DNA of 64,000 nucleotides from Malacoraja senta (taxonomy: Eukaryota): contig CM075991.1 in NCBI GenBank assembly GCA_038087875.1, forward strand, positions 2,480,001-2,544,000. The letters run 5' to 3'. Of this stretch, positions 41,001-56,000 are shown piece by piece (positions within the stretch are counted from its first letter, which is position 1; every line of letters begins with the position of its first letter). Position numbers and translations under genes: made by a program. The notes under the pieces were generated by a model. It ran no database searches. It worked only from the letters and a program-made list of their open reading frames with translations, and was not told where the DNA came from.

Positions 41001-44000
41001 GGAGGAAACCCACAGGAAGAACATGCAAACTCCGCAGAGTCAGCATCCGAGGTCTGGAAAGAAGCCGGGACTCTGGCATTCAGGCAGCAGCTCTACCACT
41101 GTGCATTTATTGATACAGAAGATCATGTAATGTTATTTTCCTCATTCACCAATGTCAAATGTCAGTCGATCTTACTGTGAAGCAGGTGCTTTCCCAGATC
41201 AGCAACTAGTGTTTGGTGTCGCTTGTCGAGTTGAGTCCAACCTTCATCGTTCACAAGCCAGTCCTGAGACTTCTCGCAGAACATAGAGTCAGAGCTGCAA
41301 TAGAACGTCTTCCATCAACAAACGGAACTGAGAAATTGTCCCACAAAGCTACGGATTTTCCCAAGTTTATTTTATGATCAACAAACAGGGAGTCAATCCC
41401 TATTTAGCAAAATAACATCAGGTTAGTTTAATCACAACTTCACAAGAGTGATGCTTGTATTTTTTGACCCGTAATATTAGGCTCTTTTCCATGCTTTGGA
41501 GCAATAGACTTATGCAGCACGGAAACAGGCCCTTCAGCTTTTCCTATCCATGTACATCCACGTATCTTATAAATGGTGTTACAGTTGCTGCCTAAACTAT
41601 CTCCTCTGGCAGCTTGCTCCATGTACCCACCACCCTCTGAATTATCCTGTCCAGGCACGGAAATCGCTATCAAAACATGGGATGGGGGGGGACACAATTT
41701 CTGGGCGACCGTGCGCGCGCATGCGCACACACTCGAGGTTTCGGCCGTGGGTCCTGTGGACGGTTACATCGGGAGTTGACCTGGTTGGTGACCGACTCCG
41801 AACTCCAGCAACAGCAGCTTAGTCTGCCCCGAATCGTGGGGCTTGAATCGGCCCGTTCGCGGGAGCTTTCATCGGCCGGCAGGAGCTTCAACATCGGGAG
41901 CCTCGATCGCCTCGATGCAGCAGTTTGATTTTAAGCAGCGCCGAGCGCTGAAAGGCCCCGCGAGCAGGCCGATTCAGCCCTTACAAAGCATCTGACAAAG
42001 TCCGGATTACAAAACATGAGGGGGATTGTCCCCCACCTCTCAAAGCATGGGGGGACGTGTCCCCCCCCCAGGATTTCCACCCATGATCCTGTCTGCCTTT
42101 AGCAGGTTTCAAAAGCGTGCATGAGAAGCAAACAGGGACTGCGGTCCTGACTATGCTGCTCCTCAAACCTGCACAGAGTCTAGTGATAACAGTGCAGGGA
42201 ACCACAGAGATATAAAAAATGTGGGAGTGGGAATAGAATTGAAAGCACCAGTATTGTCAAGGCATCTCAATAGTATTGCTTAACTAGTCCCTATTTTCTC
42301 GAGTTGAATATATAAAATTACGAGTAGCATGGACAAGAGGAACTGTGTCTTTGTCCAGAAGAGGGTCTGTATCAATGGAAGTGTGAAAAATCAATGGGAT
42401 GCAGTCAAGGGTCAACTATGGTTCAGTAAAATGGAAAATATCTCCGAGGCGCCTGTGTGACACTTTGTCATCAGAACAAGTACAATGGAGAAGGTGGAAC
42501 GGGGAGAATGTAATGGAATCCTTCTCATGAAACAAATTGGGTGGCCGTTCAAACTGTCGGAAAAGACATGGATGTTTGTGGTGAGCCCATGTCCTGTGAT
42601 GATGGTGCAGAGATTCAGAAAGGAAGGGGGAGTCAGAGATGGAGGATGTGAAGGTGAGAGGAGGATGGAAATTGGATATTTACAACTTCTCGATTGTGTA
42701 GATAGCTGTATGGATGCTGGCGTATCGGACAAATTGTGGCCTGAACGGAACTGAGAAAACAAATTTCTGTAAAACATTAATTCCCCATAAACAAACTGCG
42801 GATTTGGTAAAAGGGAGTGTATCTGAAGGAGAAGTTACTCAATTTTAACATTAATTCCCAATTTTCTGAACTTTGGGATCATTTAATACTCTTCATTTTC
42901 TTCTTCAATCACAATATATTATCTGCCTCAAAAGCCACTAGTGCTTAAGCCTTCAATGTTATATCTCAATGAAACAGCTCTTACAGTTAAGAGTCCCGAC
43001 ACAAAACATTACCTGTCCATGTTCTCCAGAGATCCTGCCTGATCCACTGTTACTCCAGCGCTTTGTGTATTTTTTTGTCAACCAGCATCTACAGTTCCTT
43101 TTATCTCTTACAGCTTCTCTTTATTTTTGTAATGCTAACCCTTTAACAATGTCCCTAACTTAATCATTTGCTGACCAACAGAAACTATCTGCCACTAGTT
43201 CTGTTGAAAGCTTGAAGAACTTTGAAAATCTTTACTTTTCATCTTTGTTCCTCCAGTGGAAAATAGCTTTTCTGAACAATGTTCTCTTTTCTCCGAAATG
43301 CAATGCGTCTCTGCGATCATAGTGAACGGCTGAGGACAGACCAGAGTTGAACAAGGTTTAAGAAGAAACTGCAGATGCTGGAAACATCGAAGGTAGACAA
43401 AAATGCTGGAGAAACTCAGTGGGTGAGGCAGCATCTATGGAGCGAAGGAATAGGTGGCGTTTCGGGTCGAGACCCTTCTTCAGACTGATGTGGGGGTGAA
43501 GGGAGCGGGAAGAAGAAAGGAAGAGGCAGAGACAGTGGGCTGTGGGAGAGCTGGGAAGGGGAGGGGAAGGAGGGAGAAAGCAAGGACTCCCTGAAATTGG
43601 AGAAGTCAATGTTCATACCGCTGGGGTGTAAACTACCCAAGCGAAATATGAGGTGCTGCTCCTCCAATTTGCGGTGGGACTCACTCTGGCCATGGAGGAG
43701 GTCCAGGACAACAAAAAATGCTGGAGAAACGCTGTGGGTGAGGGAATCGTTGGCCTATTACTGCTCAGCATCACCTTGCGATAGTACTAACCATCCGGTA
43801 GCTAACATTCATTTCTAATACAGAAATTAGGGCAGCACGGTGATGCAGCTGGTAGAGCTGTTGCCTCACAGCGCTAGAGACCTGGGTTCGATCCTGATCT
43901 CGGGTGCTGTCTGCGTGGAGTTTGCACGTTCTCCCTGTGACCACGGGGGTTTCCTCCGGGCGCTCCGGTTTCCTTCCACACCCCTAAGATGTGCGGGTGT

Positions 44001-47000
44001 GTAGATTAATTGGCCCTCTGTAAATTGCCCTTGGTGTGTAGGGAGCGGATGTGAAAGTGGCATAACATAGAGCTAGCGTGAACGGGTGATAGATGGTCAG
44101 CATGAACTCGGTGAGTCAAAGGGTCTGTTTCCATGCTGAACCTCTAAACTAAATAAAATAAAGGTGTTTTCATTCATTCCATATTGTGAGATACAACTAC
44201 CCAATTAATGGAGCCTTGCAATTTACAAAGTACAATACAATACTGTTGCCATTAAGATGAGCAAACTTAGTTTAACAGCACTCACCTGTATCCAAGTATG
44301 CATGGCAGCAAGATTCTCTGTAGTGGCACAGCAGGGGGACGGAAATGAATCCCATCATTTTCTACGTAATCCTGGTGTAGAAGAACCCAATAGATCAGAC
44401 ACAACACCAGGCCGCCTGCCTGCCTGCGTACACTAGTGAATCATTCACAAAAAAGTGGCAACCTTTCAAGGTACTTCAGGTAAGGAGTACATGACTTGGT
44501 ACTTGGGGACAGCTCGGACATTCGTACATCATGGCTCAACTTCTACCTCAACAGAAATTTCCTGTACTATTCCCGCAGTACTCGTTTCCCTCAATATCTA
44601 GAAATGTATCAACCTAGATCTTGAACAAACTCACTGACTGAGTCTTTGCCGTCTCCACATCAGGGAATTCCAAAGATTCACCACCATCTGCATGAAGGAA
44701 TTTCACATCTCAATCCTAAGTGATCTACTTGCTATTCTGTAGATAGACACAAAAAGCTGGAGAAACTCAGCGGGTCAGGCAGCAAATCTGGAGAAAAGGA
44801 ATAGATCCTTCTTCAGTCTGAATAAGGGTCTCTGCCCCAAACATCACCTATTCCTTTTCTCCAGAGATGCCGCCTGACCCGCTGAGTTACTCCAGCTTAT
44901 TGTGCCATCTTCAGTTTAAACCACCATTTGCAGTTCCTTCCGACACTACGTGTTACCCAATCTGTGACCCTTGTTACTAGACCCGTTGGTCAGGGCAATC
45001 GTCCTCCTGTCAACCAGCCAGTCTTATAAGTTCTTCTCACGTTCTCTAAACTCTGCAGAGCCACGCCTAATCTACTCACAAAGAAAAGACACAAAGTGCT
45101 GAGTAACTCAGCAGGTCAGGCAGCATCATGGATAGGTGACATTTTAGGTCTGGACCCTTCTTCAGACTCTCTCTCTCTCTCTCTCTCACTCCTAATCTAT
45201 TCACTCTCTTCTCCTACAGCAAACCAATGCAATGAATATTTGCTGCATTTCCTCTGTAGTATATCCCTTCGTAGGACAGGGGACTAAAACTGCACACAAT
45301 GCTTCTCCGAGCTCCTATATATATATATAATTACAGCAAGATGTCCTTACTTATGTACTCAGAATAAAGACTGTCATACCATTTGCATTCCTTAATCCTT
45401 TGCTCCAGCTGTATAGTTCAGTGACTTTGTCAACAAGACCATATGAATATTAATATTTCCTTCTTAACACAAAAATACTTTGCTTTGTCTGCTAAAGAAA
45501 CTAAATTCATTTCACATCATGTTGCACCTGCCATCTTCTAGCCCGCTCACTCATTTGGGATTACCAAAGGCTGTGAGATACCAGTGCACATACAGAGGAG
45601 GTGGTTATTCTCCTTATATGAGCTCCTCTTGATAAGTCAACACTAAGGTCTGAAGAAGGGTTTCGGCCTGAAACGTCGCCTATTTCCTTCGCTGATTTTA
45701 TAAATCTCTATAAGATCACTCTTCAGCCTCCTATTTACCAGGGAATAAAGTCCTAGCCTTTCCAGCCTCTCCTTATAACTCAAACCCACCGCTCTCAGTA
45801 ATATCCTCGTAAACCTTTAAGAAGGAACTGCAGATGCTGGAAAAATCTAAAGTAGACAAAAAACGCTGGAGAAACCCAGCAAGTGAGGCAGCATCTATGG
45901 GAGAAAAGGAGTAGACGACATTTCGGGTCGAGACCCTTCTTCAGACTGAAGAGATGGATGCCGTAGATATCTCCGTAGATGCCGCCTCACTCGCTGAGTT
46001 TCTCCAGCATCTTTTGTCTATCGTCGTAAACCTTCACTTCTTTGTGTCACTTTCCATAATCGAGAAGGTTAATAATCTCAGCCAATCTTTAGGCAACTTG
46101 CAATAGGATTAGAAAGGAAGTGAGGATATTTTCTTCACCTTGGGGTGAGGGGTCTGGAACTCACTGCCTGAAAGGATGGTGGAGGCAGAAATCAGGATCA
46201 CATTTTGAGAAAATATCTAGATACATGTGTGGTCAACAAAGTTACAGGGAAGAGCTCAAAATGGGGTCAAGCTGGATTGTTGTTTCTCAACTGGCGTGAA
46301 ACGAAATGGTAAATGTGAGGCAGAGGTTGACTTGCATCTCTTCCAACTCCTCCTCATCCACTGTGTTCTCGGTGTGGACATCTATAGATTGGCGAGACCA
46401 AGCACAGACAGGGCGATCGTTTAGCTGAACATCTCCGCTCAGTCCGCCTTGGCCTACCCGATCTCCCAGTTGCCAAAGATTTTAAGTCCCCTTCTCATTC
46501 CCATACTGACCTTTCTGTCCTGGGCCTCCTCCACTGTCAGAGTGAGGCCACACGCAAATTGGAGGAACGGCATCTCATATTTCACTTGGGCAGCTTACAC
46601 CCCAGCGGTATGAATATTGATTTCTCTCACTTCAAGCAACCTTTCTATCCCACCTCTCTCTCCCTAATCGGCTTGCTAGTTTCACTGCACATATCCCTTC
46701 ATTATCACCTCTTCTACAGCCAACAATGGACCCTTGTGGGCTCCTCCTTTCCAAAGTCACCGGTGCCAGCTCTGATTTGTTCCGTACCTTTTCATACGTC
46801 TGGTTTCCCTCTCCCCTGACTCTCAGTCTGAAGAAGGGTCTCAACCCAAAACGTTGCCTATTCCTTTTCTCCAGAGATGCTGCCTGACCCACTGAGTCAC
46901 TCCAGCATTTTGGGTCTATCAGCAATTCTATACTTATTGCTGAAACATATTAATTAGCAGTATCTGAGATCCCCTTTCACTGCCGACCGTTCACTGATGA

Positions 47001-50000
47001 AATAATGAACATTAGACGGAAATCCGCCTATTTTTAAATGATTAGCAAAATCAACTTGGAAGCAAAGGAAGAATAAAATTTTGAATCTATTTTCAATTCA
47101 TAGCACATGTTTGGACATGAACAAACATAGACCCTACCTTCAAAGAAAATGGTTGCCCAAAATCCACTCGAACGCAGCCGTATCGCTTGAGTAGAAATCT
47201 GAGTATCCAACAAACTGCTCCAAAGATTGTCGTCGCTCTGGTACCCTGCACAGTACAAGACATTTACAATCTCTGTAACCACTGCTCAGGACACAGGCCA
47301 AGTATACAGACCATGTCAGACTGGGTTGAGAAGGCACAGGTCCTCATTGACCTCAGAATCTTGCCCCATCCTCTCACAAAGATGCCAACTCCAAATTCCC
47401 TCGGTAAAGCCAGTGTCGAACGTAACATCGGTTGCTAAGAGTGTGTGAGCAACTTTCACCAAAATAGACCAGGTAGTTATTTCACTCCCTGCGATGTGCT
47501 TCCTTGCACAACTTCTTTCTAAAAATACCAAGCAGATTCTGTAAAGGAGAAAAGCCAGAAACTGCTGGAGTAACTCAGCGGGTCCGGCAGCATCTCTAGA
47601 GGACATGGATAAATGACGTTTTGCGTCAGGACCCTTCTTCAGTGTGATAGTTGGCGTTTTGGGTCTGAGGAAGGGTCCCGACTCATAACGTCACCTATCC
47701 ATGTGCCCCAGAGATGCTGCCTGACCGGCTGAGTTACTCCAACACTTTGGGTCTTTTTTTGTTAGCCTGTATCTGCGGCTCCTTGCTTCTTCAAGTGCAG
47801 TAAATGGTCTGGCTTTGCTAGCTTGGAATACTGACAGAACAGCAGAAAAACCTAATGGTGTCCAAGCGCTACTAGGCAAAGGAATCTAAAAGGACTTGTG
47901 TCCAAGCTAAGATGGTGAATTTAAGAGGACTTGTGCAGGCAAAATGTCAATGTTACCAAAAGCATGTTGTGTCCGTCATATAAATAAATGATGCATATGT
48001 GCTACAAGTTTTGTAAGTAACAACAGGGTAAGTGCTGGAGATGATGGTGAATTTAGAAGCATTGAATTTCGCTGGGGAAATGCTACACAGGGTACAAGAT
48101 ACCTTTCTGTACCCCTGACTCTTGGCTATTTTTCAAGTCAGTCTGGACTTCAAAAATCAATAAAAAAAACATCTGTTATTGGTATCTCAGCAAAGATCAC
48201 ACAAGCTCCTCATGCCAAATACACTTTCCAAATGTCAGGAGATACTGATCACAAGTGGAAAAATTACTCCAAATATTCCTCTCTTTGGCCCAGAGGATAC
48301 GTTATAGCAAATATTTTTGCATCTTGTGCTCCTTCAGTTGAGTTTAGTTTAGGAACACAGCATGGAAACAGGCCCTTCGGCCCACCAAGTCCATGCCAAC
48401 CATCAATCACCCATAGATTAATTCAATCCTGCACCCTACGGACAATTTACAGAAGCCAATTAACCTGCACGTCTTTGGAATGTGAGAGGAAACCCGGAGC
48501 ACCCAGAGAAAACCCACGCGGTCACAGGGAGAACATGCAAACTCTGTACAGACAGCGGGTTATAGTCGGGTTCAAACCCGGGTCTCTGGTGCTGTAAAGT
48601 GTAGCAACTCTACCGCTGCACCACTGTGAGAGTGACTGGATAAACAAGGGCCGAGTTATTAAAAAGAGTTTACATAACAAGAAATGATTGTGGGCCAGAT
48701 CACACTGTGGGGATTCGTCTAGCTGGTGGCTCAAGTGTAGGCTGCAGGACTTGAGCACATGATATCTACAAATACCTGAGCACAATATTGAGGAGGAAAG
48801 GCACTGTAAATTGACTCATAGAATTACATGTCAAACTCTGGTCCCATCTGCCTGCTCAGTTGGATATTAAATGTCCTGAATGACCGTGTGATGAGTTGAG
48901 GGCCTGTCCCACTGTACGAGCTAATTCAAGAGTTCTCCCGAGTTTCCCCTGATTCGTACTCGGAGAATTACGGTAATGGCCGCTCATAGGTACTCGGGGC
49001 CCTCGTGGACATTTTTCAACATGTTAAAAAATCTTCATGAGTCTTCACGAGCTTACCGTGTTTCCCGAGTACCCGCCGTTAGCGTTACGAGCCGCTAAGA
49101 GACGTCCCGAGCTCCGACGTACCCGCTATGTACTTATCACGAGTTTGATTTTTTTTTTCAACTCGGGAGAGCTCTTGAATTACCTCGTACAGTGGGACAG
49201 GCCCTTAAGAAATCCTCTTGGTTCATTTTCCTCTCTCAACAAATGCTTGATTCTTGCGGGATTGTGAAAAGTGGTTGCCAGATGAAGTGAGAAACATGGA
49301 TTTCTCAAAGATAGATCTATTGATGAAGTGCTTTGAGGTTCAAGCACGAATACGACTAAAATACTCATTCTTTATTGCTTTACTAATGAGAAAGTTGAAG
49401 CAGCTCATTTCTCCGCAACATCTTAGTTTGGGAACTGCAGAGTTGTGGATGTAGCCCAGTCCATCACACAGACACAGACTCCCCACCATTGACTTCATCT
49501 ATTTGTCACACTGCCTCGGAAAAGCAGCCAACATATTCAGAGATACACTAAATGCTGGAGTAATTCAGCGGGACAGGCAGCACCTCTGGAGAGAAGGAAC
49601 GGGTTACGTTTAGGGTCAAGACCCTGGTTTCGACCAAAAACATCACCCATTCCTTTTATCCAGAGATGCTGCCTGTCCCGCCGAGTTACTCCAGCATTTT
49701 GTGTCTATCTTCGGTGCAAACCAGCATCTGCAGTTCCTTCCGAAACATATTCAAAGACTTGACCAACCCCAGTCATGCCTTCTTCCCGCTCCTGTTGAGC
49801 AGAAGATAGAAGCTTGAAAGGGCGTACCACTAGACTCAGGAATAGCTTCTTCTCCTGTTATCAGGCTGTTGAACAGTCCTTCCATACGCTAGGATACTGT
49901 CCGATTCACCTCTAAACCAATGCGGATATTAAACTGTCCACAATGTAATTGTAATCAGCCTGAAGAAGGGTCTCAACCCAAAATGTGATCAGTCTGAAGA

Positions 50001-53000
50001 AGGGTCTCGACCTGAAACGTCACCCATTCCGTCTCTCCAGAGATGCAACCTGTCCCGCTGAGTTACTCCAGCATTTTGTGTCTATCTTCGGTTAAAACAC
50101 CATCTGCAGATCCTTCCTACACATTGGACTGTCTCTGGAACTGGTGCGCTGCAATGGTGGGAACTATATTCTGCACTCTGTATCTTCCCTTCTCTAGCCC
50201 AATTGTGCTAGCATTTGGCTTGATTGCGTATCCACCAACAGGATAGCATGCAACAAAAAAAGCTTTTCACTGTACCTCGGTAAATGTGACAATGAACTAA
50301 ACTATGTATAATATTATCTAATCTAATTGGACAGCATGAGAAATAAAGCTTTTCATTGTATCTCAGTACACGTGACAATAATAAACCTAACAATAGACAA
50401 TAGGTGCAGGATTAAGCCATTTGGCCCTTCAAGCCAGCACCACCATTCAATATGATCATGGCTGATCATCCACAATCAGTACCCCGTTCCTGCCTTCTCC
50501 CCATATCCTCTGACTCCGCTATCTTTAAGACCTCTATCTAACTCTCTCTTGAAAGCATCCAGAGAACCGGCCTCCACCGCCTTCTGAGGCAAAGAATTCC
50601 AGACTCACAAATCTGTGTGAAAAAATGTTTCCTCATTTCATAGATACATAGAAAATAGGTGCAGGAGGCCATTCGGCCCTTCGAGCCTGCACCGCCATTC
50701 AATATGATCATGGCTGATCATCCAACTCAGTATCCCGTACCTGCCTTCTCTCCATACCCTCTGATCCCTTTAGCCACAAGGGCCACATCTAACTCCCTCT
50801 TAAATATAGCCAATGAACTGGCCTCAACTACCCTCTGTGGCAGAGAGTTCCAGAGATTCACCACACTCTGTGTGAAAAAGTTTTTCCTCATCTCGGTCTT
50901 AAAGGATTTCCCCCTTATCCTTAAGCAGTGACCCCTTGTCCTGGACTTCCCCAACATCGGGAACAATCTTCCTGCATCTAGCCTGTCCAACCTCATAAGA
51001 ATTTTGTACGTTTCTATAAGATCCCCTCTCAATCTCCTAAATTCTAGCGAGTATAAGCCAAATCTATCGTCTTTCTTCATATGAAAGTCCTGACATCCCA
51101 GGAATCAGTCTGGTGAACCTTCTCTGCACTCCCTCTATGGCTATAATGTCCTTCCTCAGATTTGGAGACCAAAACTGTACGCAATACTCCAGGTGTGGTC
51201 TCACCAAGACCCTGTACAACTGCAGTAGAACCTCCCTGCTCCTATACTCAAATCCTCTTGCTATGAAGGCCAACATACCATTCGCTTTCTTCACTGCCTG
51301 ATGCACCTGCATGCCTATTTTCAATGACTGCTGTACCATGACACCCAGGTCTCGCTGCATCTCCCCATTTCCTAATCGGCCACCATTTAGATAATAGTCT
51401 GCCTTCCCGTTTTTGCCACCAAAGTGGATAACCTCACATTTATCCACATTATACTGCATCTGCCAAACATTTGCCCACTCACCCAGCCTATCCAAGTCAC
51501 CTTGCAGTCTCCTAGCATCCTCCTCACAGCTAACACTGCCCCCCAGCTTAGTGTCATCCGCAAACTTGGAGATGTTGCTTTCAATTCCCTCGTCCAGATC
51601 ATTAATATAAATTGTAAATAGCTGGGGTCCCAGCACTGAGCCTTGCGGTACCCCACTAGTCACTGCCTGCCATTGTGAAAAGGACCCGTTTACTCCTACT
51701 CTTTGCTTCCTGTTTGCCAGCCAGTTCTCTATCCACATCAATACTGAACCCCCAATACCGTGTGATTTAAGGTTGTATCCTAATCTCTTATGTGGTACCT
51801 TGTCGAAAGCCTTTTGAAAGTCCAGATACAACACATCCACTGGTTCTCCCCTATCCACTCTACTAGTTACATCCTCGAAAAATTCTATAAGATTCGTCAG
51901 ACACGATTTACCTTTCGTAAATCCATGCTGACTTTTTTCCAATGATTTCACCACTTTCCAAATGTGCTGCTATCCCATCTTTAATAACTGACTCTAGCAG
52001 TTTCCCCACTACCGATGTTAGACTAACTGGTCTGTAATTCCCCGTTTTCTCTCTCCCTCCCTTCTTAAAAAGTGGGGTTACGTTTGCTACCCTCCAATCC
52101 TCAGGAACTATTCCAGAATCTAAAGAGTTTTGAAAAATTAGCACTAATGCATCCACTATTTCTGGAGCTACTTCCTTAAGTACTCTGGGATGCAGCCTAT
52201 CTGGCCCTGGTGATTTATCGGCCTTTAATCCATTCAATTTACCCAACACCACTTCCCGACTAACCTGGATTTCACTCAGTTCCTCCATCTCCTTTGACCC
52301 GCGGCCCCCTGCTATTTCCGGCAGATTATTTATGTCTTCCTTAGTGAAGACGGAACCAAAGTAGTTATTCAATTGGTCCGCCATATCCTTGTTCCCCATG
52401 ATCAATTCACCTGTTTCTGACTGCAAGGGACCTACATTTGTTTTAACTAATCTCTTTCTCTTCACATATCTATAAAAACTTTTGCAGTCAGTTTTTATGT
52501 TCCCTGCCAGTGTCCTTTCATAATCTATTTTCCCTTTCCTAATTAAGCCCTTTGTCGTCCTCTGCTGGTCTCTGAATTTCTCCCAGTCCCCTGGTATGCT
52601 GCTTTTTCTGGCTAATTTGTACGCATCATCTTTTGCTTTGATACTATCCCTGATTTCCCTTGTTATCCACGGATCCACTACCTTCCCTGATTTATTCTTT
52701 TGCCAAACTGGGATGAACAATTTTTGTAGTTCATCCATGCAGTCTTTAAATGCCTTCCATTGCATATCCACCGTCAACCCTTTTAGAACTAATTGCCAGT
52801 CAATCTTGGTCAATTCACGTCTCATACCCTCAAAGTTACCTTTCTTTAAGTTCAGAACCGTTGTTTCTGAATTAACAATGTCACTCTCCATCCTAATGAA
52901 GAACTCAACCATATTATGGTCACTCTTGCCCAAGGGGGCACGTACAACAAGTCTGCTAACTAACCCTTCCTCATTACTCAATACCCAGTCTAGAATAGCC

Positions 53001-56000
53001 TGCTCTCTCGTTGGTTCCTCTACATGTTGGTTTAGATAACTATCCCTCATACATTCCAAGAAATCCTCTTCCTCAGCACCCTTGCCAATTTGATTCACCC
53101 AATCTATATGTAGATTGAAGTCACCCATTATAACTGTTTTGCCTTTGTTGCACGCATTTCTAATTTCCTGTTTGATGCCATCCCCAACTTCACTACTACT
53201 GCTACCAGCGTTTTCTGCCCCTTAGTGTTTCGCAGCTCTACCCATACCGATTCCACATCCTCCAAGCTAATGTCCTTCCTTTCCACTGCGTTAATCTCCT
53301 CTCTAACCAGCAATGCTACCCCACCTCCTTTTCCTTTCTCTCTATCCCTCCTGAATATTGAATATCCCTGGATGTTCAGCTCCCAGCCTTGGTCACCCTG
53401 GAGCCATGTCTCCGTGATCCCAACTATATCATAATCATTAATTGCTATCTGCACGTTCAACTCATCCACCTTATTACGAATGCTCCTTGCATTGAGACAC
53501 AAAGCCTTCAGGCTTGTTTTTACAACGCTCTTACCCCTTATACAATTATGTTGAAAAGTGGCTCTTTTTGATTTTTACCGTGGATTTGTCTGCCTGCCAC
53601 TTTTACTTTTCACCTTGCTACCTATTGCTTCCGCCCGCATTTTACACCCCTCTGTTTCTCTGCTCACCCATTTAAGAACCCCACCACCTCTTATTCTCTG
53701 TTTATTATTGTTTTCTTCCTTCCCCCCTACATGTTGGGTCTGAGTGCTTTCCTTCTCTGCCTCCTGCCTCACACACTGTCTAATAGCATTCTCTATTTGA
53801 GTCCCTCCCCCGAACCATTCTAGTTTAAAGTCTCCCCAGTAGCCTTTGCAGATCTCCCCGCCAGGATATCGGTCCCCCTCAGGTTCAAGTGCAACCCATC
53901 CTTTTTGTACAGGTCGAACCTTCCACAAAAGAGGTCCCAATGATCCAGAAATTTGAATCCCTGCCTTCTGCACCAGTCCTTCAGCCACGCATTTATCCTC
54001 CACCTCGCTCCATTCTCAATGGCTTACCCCTTATTCTTAAACTGTGTCCCTGGTTCTGGACTCCAACATCGGGAACATATTTCCTGCCTCTAGCGTGTGC
54101 ACACCCTTAATAATCTTATGTCAGGACTTCAGTGAGAAAATACTAAGAATGCACGTTTGAACGAAACCTATTTCCTTTTGATAATTAGAACAAAAGGTGG
54201 TTTTACACTGCAAAACGGAAAAACTATGTGTTTTACTAGAAAGCAAAGAAACGCTCTTACCATCTGCTCAAAGCTGTTGTTCTCCACAACACGATCATAA
54301 GACACCCCCACAGGTATCAGCACCGCATTTGGTATTGAATGGTGGTGAAAAGCACTGAACACTCCTGCTAGCCACTCCAATCCCGTGCAAGAGGGATGTC
54401 CACAAGATGGAACTGGGTCTTCCAGATACACCACCAGACTTTGCTGCGCCTTCAGTAATTTCTCCACATACTGCAAACATTGGACACAGATAGTAAGAGA
54501 ATTCCTTCAGACTCAAATATGTTAACATTCACACAATAATGATCAGCAAGCGCGTCAAAGGTTTACGGGATCAAGGCAGGAGAAAGGGGCCGTGAGGGAA
54601 ACAAAATAGATCAGCCATGTTCAAATGGCGATGAATCAAACGGCCCAATTCTGCTCCCGTGCCTTATGAACATAAACCACTCCTCGTGTGCTGTAGGGCC
54701 TTATGATGACAGGCAGATTCCTGGTGGGGTTATATATCAGAGGAGAGCAGCAGCAATCAAATCCATGCAAGAATACTAAGGGAATAAAATACACTAGAGA
54801 GAGAAAATAGGACCCCTCAAAAAGCAGTGTTCATCCATGTGGGGAGCTGCAGGGGATGAGCAAGGTTCTCGAAGAATATATCTCCTCTGTTTTTACCACA
54901 AAGACACGAAGACTAGAGAGCCTGGGAAAGTTAACAGTGATGCCTCGAGGACAGTGCCTTGTGCAGGCGGAGAGGTGCTGGGTGTCTTAAGATGTATGAA
55001 AGTACTTACATCTCCCTTGCTTGATAAGATATAGCCAAGGACACTGTGGGAAGCTAGGGAAGAGATTCCAGGAGCCCAAGTTGAGATATCTGAAGCATTG
55101 TTAGAAATAGGCAAGGTGTCAGAAGACTAGTAACTAATGCTGAGCCTCCTTTTAAGAAGAGATGCAAAGAAAAACCTGGGAACTTGGTTGATGATGATGA
55201 AGAAGATGAGCTTAACATCTGTGGTAGGAAAGTTACCGCAGAGGATTCTGAGGAATAAGCTCTACATCATGCATTTGGAAAGACGTGCTTTTTGATTAGG
55301 CATGGTTTTGCGGGTGGGAGATCATGCCTCAGGGATTTGATTGTTTTTTGAAGTAGTAACAAACTTCACAAGGGCAAGGCTGTGGACTATAGGGACTTCT
55401 GCAAGACCTTTGATGAGGTTCTGCATGGTAGTTTGCTCTAGAGGGTTCGAAGATGGTTCTTTGTAGCATATTGGAGGCATGAGACTTGCAGTGTGTCTCA
55501 GAGATTAGTCCTGAGCCCATTGCAGTGCCATCTAATCAACGATTTAGGCACTGCTGGCACGATTAGCAAGTTTGGTGATGACGCTAAAATAGGTGGAAAC
55601 TATGTCAATATGGTTATCAAGAATTACAGCAGGATCTTGATCATTTGGGTAAGTGGGCCGAGAAAAGGCAAATGGAGTTTAATTCAGATAAGCGTGAAAT
55701 GTTGTACTTAGGAAGTCATACCCAAGGTAGGATCACAGTAAATTGGAGGGCCTTGGAGAGTGTTGTAGCGCAGGAGGCCAAGTATAGAGTTCCCAGACAA
55801 TAATGTCACAGGTAGATTGCATGGTGAAGGCGGCTTTTGGTACATTGGCCTTCATCAGTCAAGGCGGCACTGGATTTAAAACCCCTCGGAGCCTGGGATC
55901 TAAGATAGCCAGAGTCGGAGCTCCAACCAGCGCGGCCGGAGGACTTCGGGAGACGCGGTCTCCGGGGAGGAAGCGGCCGCTCCAGACATTCCAAACCGCT

